Of a DNA stretch of 64,000 nucleotides, positions 38,801-53,007 are shown piece after piece. The notes beneath the pieces are model-generated. The model was given only the letters and a program-made list of their open reading frames with translations. It ran no database searches and was not told where the DNA came from. Every line of letters begins with the position of its first letter. Positions within the stretch are counted from its first letter, which is position 1. Source of the DNA: Paraphysomonas bandaiensis (taxonomy: Eukaryota; Protista; Chrysophyceae); the NCBI GenBank assembly GCA_965644295.1, contig CBFFRP010000426.1:248001-312000 (forward strand). The letters are read 5' to 3'. Made by a program: the position numbers and the translations under genes.

Positions 38801-41800
38801 CCTCGAGTTCAACCTGTGTATGGAAGGGGTGGTGGTAGTAAAATCGGCAGTAGAAAAATGGAAGTGGTTGATGAAGTTGATTCAGATATCTGTGTTGTGT
38901 TGTTGGAAGTAATTCTGACTCTTCTTGTAAAAACAAGTGAAAACGAAAGTTTTTTGAAAGAATATCAAGGAATTTCTCTCATTTCTTATTTCCTTGAGCG
39001 GATGTCCCCAGTACATATGACCACTCAGTCTCTAGATATCATTTTTCGCATCAGAGATCGTGTTTCCTGGAATATAAATTTTTCAAACGACGTGTTTGAA
39101 CATCTGTTACTGAACTTCAAAATGTGGGTATTTACTTCATTTGAAGTGCAACAGCGACTTTTTCGTGAAATTGAAATTGTCCTGTGCTCAATGGATATTC
39201 ATGATGTACGTCGTATGAATGTATTGAATAAATTGGTGGATGCACTTTATCTCCTTTACGACTATGAAAAGCCGCAGCTCTCCAGTGTTGAACATATCAA
39301 TGATCCCCACGACGATAATTTATTGATGACGACTGACCCAACGAACCAAAAAAAGTTATCCACTGATGGATTGCAACAGGTTGAATTGCTAGGTTCTGTG
39401 TACCATGCGGATAGATGGATTCACTCATCTAGTGGACGTGTTGAAGGTGTAAAACTGACTGACGAAAATTTATCTCATATACGTGCCCTTATTCTACAAA
39501 TAGTAGTTCGAATAATCAAAAATGGAAATGGAGATGGGATTATAGTACCAGATGATGTTACAACTCTTGTTCGATATGTGATTGTAACTAGCAGCAGCAC
39601 TTCAAGAGTAGAGGTGCTGTCAATACTTCTCAACTTACTATGTGAAGAAGGGGGTGTAAGAACCACATCTGTTCCAAAAGTTCTACTAGGCTTATCTGCT
39701 GGTAAAGGATTGTTAGCACTGCTTCCTCTCGTTTCAAATGCGAACGTACAGGTTCGCTTGTATGCATTTCTTTTGCTGTGTATTTGCCTGGTGCAGGCTG
39801 CTATTTATGACGACATAGGTTGCACGGAGCCGTTCAATGACAAAACATTGGCTGAAGAATCGTCACAATTACGTACTCAATGTGGTGTTGATAGTTCGGA
39901 TGAATCTATCCGAAACATTCGATCGTCTAGTGCAGACGATTCATATGTCCATGTTGGACAAGGAGACTACTCATTTCGAGTAGATACCTACACTCGTCTT
40001 GGTATACCCGTATCTTCATTAGGACGAGTCATGATGTGGGTTCAAAACGAAATCATAGGTCATACTGCTGTGGACAGCGCTATAAAAGTGGATAACGAAG
40101 TCCAGGAGTCACATAAACTGGCGACCATTGTTGCCCAGGCATTGTATTGCACCCTACTGGGACAGTCATGTAACCACCTTCGTGACATGGTAAGTCTAGT
40201 TTATTTATCGGACCGTGAAGGAGAGGATAGAGTATCATGTGGTATCAGTAGTGAATCTGATAAGACGAAAGGGTCGATTGGTGTAAATGGAACAGATGGG
40301 ATAAACGAGGCAGACACGCATACTTTGGATTATTCTGGGAAGATATTTTTTTTTCGAAACGGGGCTGAAGGAACAAGAAATAAATCTGAAATTATGATTC
40401 GCATCCCGATGATATTTACTGCTCTTTTGGGCGTGGCTGGACAGAAAAGTGTTCCCTTAGCGATTCGTTTGTCAATTTGTACCAATATACATACCTGCAT
40501 TGTGCAGGACATTGATAACTGTGATAGAATTTTAAGAGTTGCAGCTTGGCAGGAGTCTTTGTTTCAAGTTGTGCGAGGTGAAATGATCCGAATAAAAGAA
40601 ATTGAACAATCTGTTGACCTACAGTCCGACATTATTCAGCGCTATTTGGTACAATGTCGCTCGCTAATTGATGTATGCGTTCGTATTCTGTGTGATGTTC
40701 AAGCTATTACATTGCAGTGTGGAAAACCTATAAGTGCTCCAGTCATCGTCTCACCAAATAGCACTGCAGAAAATCTGGTGGCGCAACTAACAGCAGACCA
40801 AATTCTGAAGGAGATTGAAGGTGGGGAACGTCAGCTAGGATCCTTTATGCTGCGGGAGACAATGTCTTTCGTATATGCCTACCAAGATATTGATATAGGA
40901 GTTGATATGCATTCAACTGCTTTGAAAATATTGCATGAAACAGTGCGCGTTCTGCTACGCCAGAGCTACACTCTGTCGTCATCAAAAAGTATTATGGTAG
41001 AAATTGAAGGCAACGAAAATTACTTTGCCCAGCTGATGCTGTCGTTAAATATATGGCTTGTGGGTGATGTCGTAAAAGAGTATTTTGCTTCATATATAGA
41101 AGTACTATTCCCACTGCATGGCGAAGTGGCGTGTAAATTAGTCGAATCTTTGATAGAACTGATGGAGCCGCTTAGGAGCATGGCTACAGTTTCATTGTTT
41201 CACGGTAGAGATATAGGAACCTTCTTTGTTCAGAATGTTACAGCAGATTGTAGCAGTAACACTGAAACACTATCTGGTGGCTCTGAGTCTAGTAGCACAC
41301 AACAAAACTCGCCTCGTAAAGCTACTGTGGTTAGTTCGTATATTGAGGGAATATATTTGATTATGGTACGTGTGCTATGTTCTGTGTTAAGTGGTGTTTC
41401 GGTATCTGACACAACGGTATCGGCAACATATGAGATGCCCATTCTTGTTTTAACCCATCTCAGGTCCCTGGTGTCATATATATGTGACCAGCGTATTGAG
41501 AATTTTGGATACGAAATGTGTCGTATAATTTCTCGACTTAGTACTGCACTGCAGTGTCTATCCTTTGTGGATGAGAAATGGGTACATGATGCTGTCATTT
41601 TTCTGGTTGACCTTGTATGTCTCCAGCGTAGTACACTGGTTACTCTCCTCGTGGCTGCCTCTCAGCAGGGTAGTGAAGATATATTGGAGGAAGACTGCAC
41701 ATCTCTTGGTGTGTTCGAGAGTGCTATGTCTGCAGTGCGGCCATCACCAGTTGTTGATCCGTTGGAAGCCTCTAATAAAATGGAATTGCATGCCGCCGAA

Positions 41801-44800
41801 ACTCTGTCCCACTTAATAAACATATTGAGTGTTTCTGTGAGTGACCCGATTGATACACTTTCTGCGGCTGGCATTTCGCTGGCTGCTATTCGCGCTGGTC
41901 TCAGACTTCCTCCTGATTTTGATTTGGATTGGGATATATGGATGTTTGTAATGCGTGCTGTCACACGTGAAGCAGATACTATTGAGACTGAATTCCGACA
42001 TAAACGATTGGCTGAAATAGGCACCCTAAATCATTCAGACGAGATTGGGGTGAAGGTCTTGCAACAGCAAGATCTGGAATCCAAGCTATTCAAAGAGGTT
42101 TTGCAGCACTCTGAGGCAGCATATGTAAATGTCAGTGAAGTACGCATGAAATTATTCCGAGAGGAGTTTCGAGCCATGGAAGCAAATGATCGAAGAATAG
42201 TATCAAAATGGAATCAGATTATCTCCCGCCTTGCGAACGAACGAGGCCCTTGGGGTTTAGGAAATGATAAAAATGTTGATGTATTTTGGAAGATTGATCG
42301 GACGGAAACAAGTATGCGCACAACTCCTGTTTTACTACGGAATGAGGCAGGATCACGTCATCAAGTTGCGTCCTTTCTCTCCCGCGGAAAGAGTGAGCTG
42401 TCCAGTTCACCAAGTTTAAGTGATTCTGAAGGCACCTCAGATGATTTGCATGTTAGCCCTGGGGTGCGGCGCCCTCTCAGTGCTGTTATATCCCCCCAAG
42501 GACTGTGGAGGGATCTTATGAAATATCAAAAGAAAAATAGTGAAACTGACATTTTAGTAGACGTGAATGACAGATTAGACATGGAGGACGATATTGATGA
42601 CCCCAAAGAGTTGACTCCAGAGGGGAAAGTTCTTTTTCGAGCTCCCGTGGAGATTATCACAAATGCCACGAATTCTGCAGGTGGTAGCACTCACGGTACG
42701 ATCGAGATAACTAAAACGAAAGTGAGTTTCACGCGATCTTCCGAAGAGAACTTTAGCTTTCACAATAAAACCGGTAACACTGAATTTATGTGGGCGTGTC
42801 AGTGTTTTCCTTCTACTACATGGAATACTGCGGATATAATCAATGTACTATGTAGAACTTACCAACTACGTTTTGTCGCAGTGGAAATGTTTTTCACCTC
42901 AAGATTAACCGTATTTATCAATTTATTTGAGCATTCGATCCAGCGACAAATGGTGGATTGTATCCGGAGGCACGTCAAACCACCATACATTCAGCCTCAC
43001 TATGGTTATCGGCCTAGCAGCATAATTAGTCGTGCTATTCATCAGCCTTCTGGTCGTACAATGACCCAGGCATGGGTACATCGCAACATATCAAATTTTG
43101 AATATCTGATGTATCTCAATACTGTCGCTGGTCGATCGTTTAATGATATGGGCCAGTACCCCGTTTTTCCTTGGGTTATATCCAACTATACCTCCGCAAA
43201 GTTAAACTTAACCGACCCCAAGAATTTTCGTGATTTAAGGTGGTCAATGGGAGCTCAAAATGAATCGCAGCGAGAGATATTTATGCAGAAGTATCGCGAT
43301 TTAGAAGACTGCTATCACTCGGCACTGGAAGAGCGGAAGAACATGCAAGACCCAAGCATGGCTTCCGATTGCCTGCCCCCTTTTCATTATGGATCTCATT
43401 TTTCGACAATGGGATTCGTGTTGTGGTACTTGATCCGTATGGAGCCATTTACTTCCTTGAATATATGGATGCAAGATGGTCGGTTTGATAAGCCGGACCG
43501 CATATTTGATACCATTGAATTGTGTTATCGTGGGTGCACTTCGAACCAATCTGATGTCAAGGAGTTAATACCTGAATTTTTTTATTGTCCAGAATTTCTG
43601 GAAAATTTGAATGGCATTGCAATGGGAACAACGAGTGCCAATAAAGAACTCGGTCCAGTGGAATTGCCTCCTTGGGCAAAAAACCCACATGATTTTATTC
43701 GACAACACAGAAATGCTTTGGAGAGTGAGTATGTGAGTACGTATTTGCATAACTGGATCGATTTGGTGTTTGGTTACAAACAAAGACCTCCTCACATGGG
43801 GGGAACCGAAGCTGCTGTGACTGCCTGCAATGTGTATTTTCATTTGACTTACGCTGGTGCCGTAGATTTGGATGATTTGCGGGAGAATGATAGTCCTTTA
43901 TATAAGCAAATGGTCAGGCAGATTGACAACTATGGGCAAACCCCTGCTCAACTGTTTAACAGACCCCATCCCCCAAGGCAATCTCTCGATAAAGTTGACA
44001 TAATATGGCCGCTCGCCTCACCAGTTCGTGGCGCAGACACGCTTCCAAGAGGTGCTCCGCTGCCTGAGCGCCCTCATCGTGTGGTATGCTTCAAAGAGTA
44101 TGTAGTGTCCGTGAATCCAGTCGTTTATATAACGGAGAGCACGTCATGGGAAAAATTGATAACTATTGATACATCTCGTATTGTAGCCACTCATTTTTGG
44201 CAACTCCGCCCGCCGGATGTGGTACCGCCGTTTCAGTTTAAACCAGACACGCAGGCCCTGAAGTATTCTCAGGGAACATTTACAGGAGGTTTCAATATGC
44301 CAGCACTTCGACTGTCGCAGTACAATTCTGGAAGCAGAGAGCGTCGTATTGGTGCTCCATTCGCACCCCATCAGTTGCTGCGATCTGACTACGTCCACGA
44401 TATGTCGCGTACTATCAAAATTCCTTTCGGAAATAAAGCATTGTTTCAAAAGGAGGAAGCTACCCGGTCGAATATGCGTAGGCGTCCACACACTCGAGGT
44501 ACTTCTGGAAACACTGTTGCAACATCCTCAGCCCCGGTCGCAAGTGACTCTAGACAAAAACGCTCAGAATCGGATGGGATGAAAGATGCATCTGTGATAG
44601 ACTGTGAAGGCGGTGTTTCAAAGGACACTGCTATAAACGGTGCACCGATTGTTGTTCGCCGCTTAGATGAGCACGTATCTGGTCACTTGTTTGCAGTTTT
44701 GCCCGAGAATAGGTTAGTGTTCAGCTGTGGGCATTGGGATTACTCCTTTAAGGCCACAGCGATCGACTCCGGCCGGCTGCTTCAGTCAGTATCCCAGCAC

Positions 44801-45837
44801 CGTGATGTCGTTACTTGCATGGATGTCGCCACAGATTTCCAATACACATGGTTGGTTACAGGTTCGCGAGACTGCACATTGGTTATCTGGGATGTGAACC
44901 CACTTGCGGACCGACCTATTATGCAACAGCCAAAGCATGTTCTCTATGGCCACGATGACGCAGTCAATTGCTTGGCTATTAATGCTGAGCTTGATATAGT
45001 CGCCAGTGGGTCAGATGATGGGACCATAATCATTCACAAGCTTCGTGAAGGCACGTATATACGCTCTATTCGTGTTGAACCCAACCCAACAAATGTGCCT
45101 CCTTCCTCTCCATCTTCTACAAGTAGCGGGGGGAAAGTATCATCTTGGCGAGGTCTCGCGTCACACTCTCACGAAGGCCCCATTTCTCGACAACGTTCTG
45201 GTTCTGACATGTCCTGTAGCTCTGACACCTTGAGGACATTTTCTTCGTGCCCAGAACGGAGTGTCAATCGATCATTCCTTATTTCTAAGCGACGTGTCCA
45301 CTACGTTGGGTTATCCATAGAAGGCTTCCTAGTCGCGTATTCGAATGACGATTCCGCGCTTTACACGTTTTCTATAAATGGGAATGCCCAGGCTAGGAGA
45401 GTTGCCGGTGAGAAGCTTCACGCTTTTTGCTTCTCTGAGGACGGTCGTGTGTTAATCACTGGGGGGGAACGTGGTCTAGTGGTAATGAGATGGATACACT
45501 CGTTGGAACTGTCCAATGTGGACTCAAAGTGGGAATTCGACTCAGTACTGGACGGCCAAAATATCCAAGAAGGAACGAGACCGTTTAACTCTCCTATTAG
45601 AAGTATTTACTTAACTAAACAAGAGCGCCACATGATAGTTGGTTTGGAATGTGGAGAACTAAGAATTCTTGCGCAGGTATTATTCTGACCTTGTGTCGCT
45701 TGGTGTGAAATATATATGTCATACGTTTTTGCTGTTTTTGTGCATATCTTATATGTATATATCCTTAGGATTCGGATTATCTTCGCCGAAGACTGCACTC
45801 TAAGCTTATGGAAATTGGAATTATAGAGAATATATAG
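32820..45837 (+). CDS. Giant BEACH-domain protein of the neurobeachin/LRBA/NBEAL type (ConA-like, PH-BEACH, WD40), ~4200 aa
   Basis: The 4103-aa ORF contains WV..NISNFEYLMYLNTVAGRSFND..QYPVFPWV, FHYGSHFS, DVKELIPEFFY, WIDLVFGYKQ, GQTPAQLF and WD40 repeats (CGHWD, VTGSRD, GHDDAV). Three small 5' exons from ATG 32820 and a last exon DSDYLRRR..* were spliced by eye. Confidence 0.95.
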
Positions 45838-46353
45838 TTATGATATTCTTATAGAAATCCCATTTCTTATTCATAGTTATAGTATTTCTATGTCAAGCGG
45901 TAGGAGTATATTCAAAATAGATTAAACTATAAATTAACGCAGTAGTCTTGAACACCGTGAGTAATCTACTACATACTACTTAATGTTACTTCAGTGAAGT
46001 AGTTCCAGCGTGTGAACAAAGCTGGTAAATATCTCCTCTATATTTCAGACGAAGTGGAGTGACTGGACTACACTTGTACGATACCTACAACGAAGTAACT
46101 TGTGACGAAATCGTGTACCAAGGAATTGTTGAGGTTTGGAAATATGAATGTAATTGAATTCTGTATTCTCAGCTGTTATACTATAACTGTTACTTCAAGA
46201 AAACAGTGTTACACGAATTAAATTAAATCATCATCTAAGATCGGTAGAACTGGCAAAGTTGTGAAAAACAATGAATGATGATAAATACATATCACAATTT
46301 TCACGAATTTGTTGGGATCTACAGTATGATGCGATACGACAATGTCATATATC

Positions 46354-46540
46354 CTAGTTAACGGAAATACCGCCCTGAAAGCCATTCAACTCTGCAGTCT
46401 CTCTAGTTGTATAGGACGCTTTAGAACCAAACTTTACTAACCAATACTCCTTGATATGTCTGTCGATTAGCTCTGGACCACCATCGGCGTGATATTTCTG
46501 TATTCGAGTCGAAGTATAAGAACCGTCACTCCGTCTCATT
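46354..46540 (-). mobile_element. Ty1/copia integrase core fragment (relic)
   Basis: IQKYHADGGPELI..KEYW..G..YTTRETAELNG matches the copia rve pattern (SDxGGE..T..TPxxNG); truncated before the AER glutamate. Confidence 0.6.
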
Positions 46541-46809
46541 CCATTGTATATCGTATACATACGTATGCAAATTGTATACAGACACCTGTACAGAGGTACG
46601 ATTGTTGTATTCATACGCACGCTCATGATAGTTGCACATGCGATCAAAGTGTTTGTGTGTGTAGATAGATTTGTATTTCTCATCATTATTATATATAATT
46701 TAAGTTCGATTGTTTCCTCTCGATTCCTACTTGGTAGTGGATTCTTTACCTTTTACCTTCCTTTGAACATTGAATATTCAAGATTTAACTCTCTGTCTTT
46801 AGAGAACCT

Positions 46810-47950
46810 CTCGATGAGGTCCAAACACCCCAATATCCTGTTGATATGATGACTAACCTTCCACAGTACGAGCACTGCTTCACTGAATGTCTTCGTCAGA
46901 CTAAGCTTGTGGACATTCTTACGGACACTTCTATGTGTGTGCCCAATGCTTCTGAGGATGCTTCAGATGATGTCAAACAACTTGTTCTCTGGCGTCAAGC
47001 AATGTACGACGAGAAAAACAAAACCTTGTCTACACTGTGCTGCAGAAAGTGTTCATAGATAATCCATCTGGACGTGCACACATAGGCGTAATTTACTTGC
47101 CCATATCGCTCGCACGAAAACCTCTGAAGAGCATGGTTCGGCACGGAGTGCATTTTAGTAATATTCCCAGCGGAACGATGACGATGTTGCAGAAGTTTTT
47201 AAGAGACTTCGCAGCACTGCTCTCACACATGGCCTTCCGGAAGTGGAAATGATACTTCAATTATACTTTTGGGACCCCACTCGTGATCAACGCATTAAGA
47301 GTAGTGTTCATGTTTTTAAAGATGGTTTCACCTTTAATGAGCTTTTAGCAAAAACTTGAGCTCACTCTGTCTGATCAGCCTTCAGTAGCTCTATCCTTAA
47401 GCTGCTCGTCAGAAAAATTACTGCTGATGTTTTACACACAACGTTCTTCGTGGTTGCGTCTGAATGCTATCGTAACCCCTCGACCCAGTATTCATCATCT
47501 TCCAAACGTCAGAAATCCCAGGGTGGTCCTTACTGTATCCTTTGCCTAACTCCTGGTCATTTTGCCCCGACATTCCCCTTCAGATTACTAGCCCACAAAT
47601 ACTTCAGAATCGGGATAATCGCCCTGTTCAACCCCAACGTGCAGATGAACATCAAGCTCCGCATCTTCCCCATTCTTACTATCGTCGATCACCTACCTAG
47701 GCGTCCTCCGAAATGTGGTGGTCGAAGTAGTGGTGGCCGTGTGGTGCTGCTCGTGGTGGTAGCCACTCTCTTTCTTGCAACACACGTTGAAGCCATGTTG
47801 CTTTTAGTGCTGATTCTGACATTGATCCCAATGACAATGTTTCGATGGATGATTCTTCTAATGATTCTTCTCTCTACACTACTATGCTTGCTGAGGTTTA
47901 TTCGACTAATTTTACTTCCGATATTGACACACACTATGCTGCTATGATTA
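46810..47950 (+). mobile_element. Decayed LTR-retrotransposon gag-like region
   Basis: Frame-broken ORFs contain the zinc-knuckle remnant CILC-LTPG-H-FAPT-F (CX2CX4HX4C with the last C replaced by F), followed by an RGG-rich and an acidic stretch typical of gag C-termini. Confidence 0.55.
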
Positions 47951-49268
47951 CTACTGTTTCATATGCTGTAGTATTAGTTGGGGTGGATGATGAAATGCCA
48001 TGTATTGTGTAATAAGAATCATATGAATCAGTAGTAATCATAGCAGTATAGGGAATCGCCAGAGTTCTGTGTTCAGGGATATTATGTGGCTACGAGTGTG
48101 TCTGATTTGTCGTTGTCTATCATTCTCAAAAAATAAAGAACAGTAAAAACGATTGTCGAACTAAAAGTCGACCTGGGCATGAAACCTGGGAAGTGAATTT
48201 GACCAGGTTTTCATATGAAAAAAGCATATCGTTCAGATGTCATATGAATTCTTCTGGAGCCATATACATCAATTAAAATACTTATAGAAACTACTTTGAC
48301 ATGTTGCTAAAAGTTTTACTTGTCAGTAACATGTTCTGAGAAAAGAAAAATCATTTCGAGAGTGCTACTGACTGATACTCATGTTGCACACAATTATTGC
48401 TTATTATACAACAAGATCTTATTAACCTTCTACATATATATAATAGTGTTATACTACTTCATAAAAAGCCAGAGTTAATACCACCTATATCTGTACCACC
48501 AACATCTGTACCACACAAAGATAGACAACGACAAATGAGACACATTCGTAGCCACAGAATCCCTGAAGACAGAGAAGGACACGGGCGATACATTTGTCGG
48601 TACGTGCGCAATCCAATAACGGTACCTATATTTAATTAAAATATTAGGAATAGTGTTATCATGAATATAAATGGAAAGTTTGTCGCCATTAACCATATTA
48701 TAATTTTTAATACTTTTTCTGTTGCATTTTTTCCGTTGAGTACAGGCGCTGCTCCAACCCAATTCTGTGTCTACTCAATCGGTATGGAGAACAACTTCGA
48801 TATTTCAACTACCTGATGTATTCGTTTTCTTCTTTCCTGAGGATTTTCTCGCAGGTTTCAACTCGTTCTGTCTAATACTGCTCATAATAATTTTTTTCAC
48901 CATCAATGAACTCTACATCATTATATTTTCCTTATTTTTACCCAATGACACTACCATTGAAATTATACATATATATTATTTCTAATTTTTTAATCGACAG
49001 CATACTGGGTCGAGTAATATTTCCCGTTAAAAAAAGTCTACAACAAGTAGACATTAGGCAAACACTGGGAAAAAATTCCCACGGTATATTACTTTTTCAA
49101 CATTTGTTTTGCTTAAAAATACTATTAATTTCCTAGATATTCCCAAGATATCGTAAAATTACCACGACTCCATAATGTTTATGTAGCGTTTGAATACCGA
49201 AATATGACAACAATTTACAATTTAAAATTATATATCATACAACAATCATTTTAGCTCATCCTATCTAT

Positions 49269-52200
49269 TTACACAATTTCCTTAATTTTCCTATCTGCAG
49301 CCATCAGAGGCCGAGAGGCTGAACGTCTTCTTTCAAGTCTAGTGAACTGTGAGATATATACAAAAAAGAAATAGCAGGAAGTGATATTGTACGGAACGTA
49401 CAAAATGACTATATGAATCAATACAGAAGTATTTTTGTTTGAAATGTATTGTGACAAATCCGGTTCGACATCTGTAAATGGTAAATAAAATAGCACACTC
49501 CACGAATAATATTATCCTGGTCATTATGTCCGTGATAGCACTAAACTGGAATACAATATAAAACAGAGGCATGGAGTAAAAAAAATCACGCTGTCTAATG
49601 ATACAAACATTATTCTTTATTACGTTATTAAACTGTAATACGTCACATATAAAACAGTTCCATGAACTAACAAGCCATTTGTTGTAGGTCTCCATAGAAT
49701 TGTACAGAGTGATGTTACTCCATACTAAGCAATCCAACAAGAGACAAAATAATACACCAAAAATAACACTGCATTTAACGTACATTGCTGGAATTAGCAC
49801 CTATTGCAAGCTTATATAAGTCGGGCTTGAAGGACATTATTTTTATTGACATTCCAGTGGAGCTTGCTTGTGCCGAGAGCACACACCCTCTGGACCCTGT
49901 CAACCGAAAGTTTTCGTCGTAACCAAACGACAGAATGTCCTGCCGCATGGCAATCTCTCTTTGTCGCATCGTAAGCGAAGGCCGAAAACCATACGATTTC
50001 GTAGACAACAGAGCATCAAAGAAGCCTGTGAGAGACAGACCATCAGGACCGGTATCAAAATTTCTCAATATATGCTTCGCCTTTTTTGTGGCCTGGTACA
50101 TCGTGTTATCTGCTGATATACTATTCAATACGTGATACCACAATAGCGTCAATTGTGCAGGATACACGAACCAACAACGGTGAAAAATATAAATACGCAC
50201 CTCAGGGCCGGTGAGACTCGGCTGTGTCACTGAAATATATCGCTTGATCTCATTCTTACTCAAATGACAATTCATATCCATGTTCATACGGTCAAATATC
50301 TCTTCAAGACACAGTTTCGCAGTTGCTGTGAATACAATTCGACCGTCATTATCAGTGGTTAATAGCGCTCGATTACTCCGCGCATTTGACCTGCCAACAT
50401 CACAACAACTTAAGTTGTAAAAATACAACCCATGTAAAGAACGTACACTTTAAGTCTACTGAATTCTGACCCCGTTGTGCACGGAATAATAAGGTAGTTA
50501 TGTCCAGCGGTCAGATTCAACTGAAGTGCTACTGTATCTCTGACACAACATGGTGAATAGCACACCCGCTCCCACCGAATTTCGTCTGCTTCGTCTAATC
50601 CAACAATAAGAGAGTTTTCCATCTCATTGTAACAGCACATAACGTACCGCATTCATGTAATACACTCAGTCCAATATCAATAAACGGAGTTGAACTCTGG
50701 TGCATATCCAGTGATACAGTCCCAGTAAAGGGTGCTGTCAGTCTATAAATGTTAAGGCTTCAGTTGACATACTTATGTACACAAATCGTATTATCTCACC
50801 GAAAAAAGTATGTACTCATATTATGGCTACGACAATCATACACGAAAAACGACTTCCATCGAAGGATAGCTATGTCGCCATTCACTTTCAACGAGCTTGC
50901 CTCCTCAAGTTCTCTCTTCGCCGACTCCCCGTCCATACACCCATTCGATTCCTTCCCATTCTCAGAGAATTGTACGGACGCTTCTTTTGCCCGAGTTGTC
51001 GGTCCAGCTACCTCTATTCCACCCTCTATTTGCACTGCAGCCTCACCCTCAGGCTCCACATGCGACGGTACTAAGCCCTCAGACGAGGTATTCACAGGGT
51101 ACTCACTTTCCTGATCGCTAGTTCCAGAGAGAATATTCCCTCCGCTTTCATAACTAATTGAGCATTGCTCGTCCCCATTCGTCACACTACAATCTGGGCT
51201 ATTAGGAAAGCATGGCGCATCATCCTTTGAAGTGTTATCGTCGTTCATATCTGAGTCACTGTCGGGAACAGAGAGCGACCACTCCTGTATCATGCTGGTT
51301 AAAAGTCTGTGTTTCAGCAACTACAGTAATTGCACCTTCTTGAATGAGTGAATTAAAAGAAGTTTTCTATTTTTTTCGTCTATAGGTGTTGCAGAGTTAG
51401 TAGAACCGAGAGTCGACTCGTGGTCACTGTCCTCTCGAGTCAACGCATCCGCGGCATCTTCATGAAGTTGCAAACCCTCAATAGGCATATCCGTTTCATC
51501 TACACAAGAAGAAGAAATAGAGCTTGTGTCTTCGTCATCAGAAAGGGTACGAGTTCTAGATATTACTATATCATCCGCACTGCTACATCTATTTATACAG
51601 TGAATTAGACTTCACACATTAGACCCAAGCTATTACACACCTTAGAGTATTTTCTGCTGGAAGAAGCATGTCGTGTGGATTTACGCCATTGCTGGAATCG
51701 GGCAACATATACGTGTTAATTTTACAACCCTTCCCATCAAGTCCGTACTCCCACACTTTCATGAACACCTCGCGGCTCTGTTCAGCCGACTGTATATCCT
51801 CGCGACACCGCGAAGTTAGGCGTCGTACATCCTTCCTCCCAGTCATCTGCTCCAACTGCACATCCTGTAAGCATACTCAGAGGAAATTAGAAGCTGGACT
51901 TACACTTTCATCAGCCATTACAGCAGTGAAAGACTCGATCCACTGATCGCAATCTTGAACTGAGGGCGCTTCCACTTGAAAAGCTGTACAAAGCATAAAC
52001 ACCCAGGCATGAAACATAAACACACTAGGTACTAATATAGTACATACCGTCAGTATCGGATAGACGAAGAGTAAAAAATCGAGAAGTCCCAGTGGTATGA
52101 CGGAACACCTGAATAGTGTGCACGTCAAAGGACTTGAACTTTGCACTGGACAGAGTGGACTGCTTGCGACCGTAAAACAACGCATCGCTACAAAGTATGA

Positions 52201-53007
52201 AGCTGTATTCCTTTTTCCGGTGCGGTCCATTGACACGCTTCAAAGTTCCATCACGCACAAAATATCGCGCTGGCTGGGACAGATCTTTCAGGCCATAATA
52301 CTTTTGCTTTTCAAGTAACAGCTTTCGGCTCTCAGATGCAGACTGAGAGCTATTTAGGCTCCCAATGATAGACTGAATCGAAGAAATTGTTCTTGTCAGC
52401 TGCTCAATCTCCTCGTTATCGGTACTTCTCTTCTTAATTTCCCGAAACAAAAGTTCATATTTCATGACTCGCTGCCATGGTTTTGCTAAGTATTGTTCCA
52501 AAGTGAGTCCGCGATTATCCGGATTGGAATCAATATCCCGTAAAAAGTTCGCAAACCTATGACGACAGTAAATTGACAATATTACTAAAGACTGTAATAA
52601 ATTAACCTGTTGTCGTTTTTCAAACGTGTTAACAATTCTCTCGCATTATCACAGTTTCGAATGTAATCGTTGTACATTATCAAACTTGGAGCCACCCGAC
52701 AAAATCGTTTCACAATATCAATCCGACTTGACCCAGCTGCCTTGATTTCACTCAGAATGAATTCATTCACCCCAAGCAGTTGTCTGATATTCGAGAATAA
52801 GACATTAGTAATATTAATATTATCTTTTTTCATGGCTATATATAATTGTCCACGATCTCGTCCTATTCCACGATCAAACTCCTTATCCATCTGTTGTATC
52901 CATACTTCTAACGGCTCAAGATATACAGATATAATATACTTCAATGATTTAACATAACTATCTTCTGTTTCAAATAATTCCAACTCTGGAGTCATCGGAG
53001 CAGTCAT
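49269..53007 (-). CDS. RhoGEF (DH-PH) protein with an acidic linker and a C-terminal EFCAB7-like EF-hand module, multi-exon
   Basis: DH: ELFETEDSYVKSL..LFSNIRQL..YNDYIRN..LEQYLAKPWQRVMKYELLFREI. PH: RYFVRDGTL..FILCSDALFY..QWIESF. C-terminus: YLIIPCTTG..LEEIFDRMNMDMNCHLSKNEI..GLSLTGF..FGYDENF. Confidence 0.85.

Noticed and set aside
33475-45233. Many short antisense or alternate-frame ORFs inside the BEACH gene (likewise within RRP6, PRS and the kinase)
   Set aside because: Shadow ORFs of long coding exons with no recognisable motifs.
48400-49200. Short ORFs between the gag relic and the RhoGEF 3' end
   Set aside because: AT-rich and stop-interrupted, with no coherent splice model or motif; cannot be supported as a gene.
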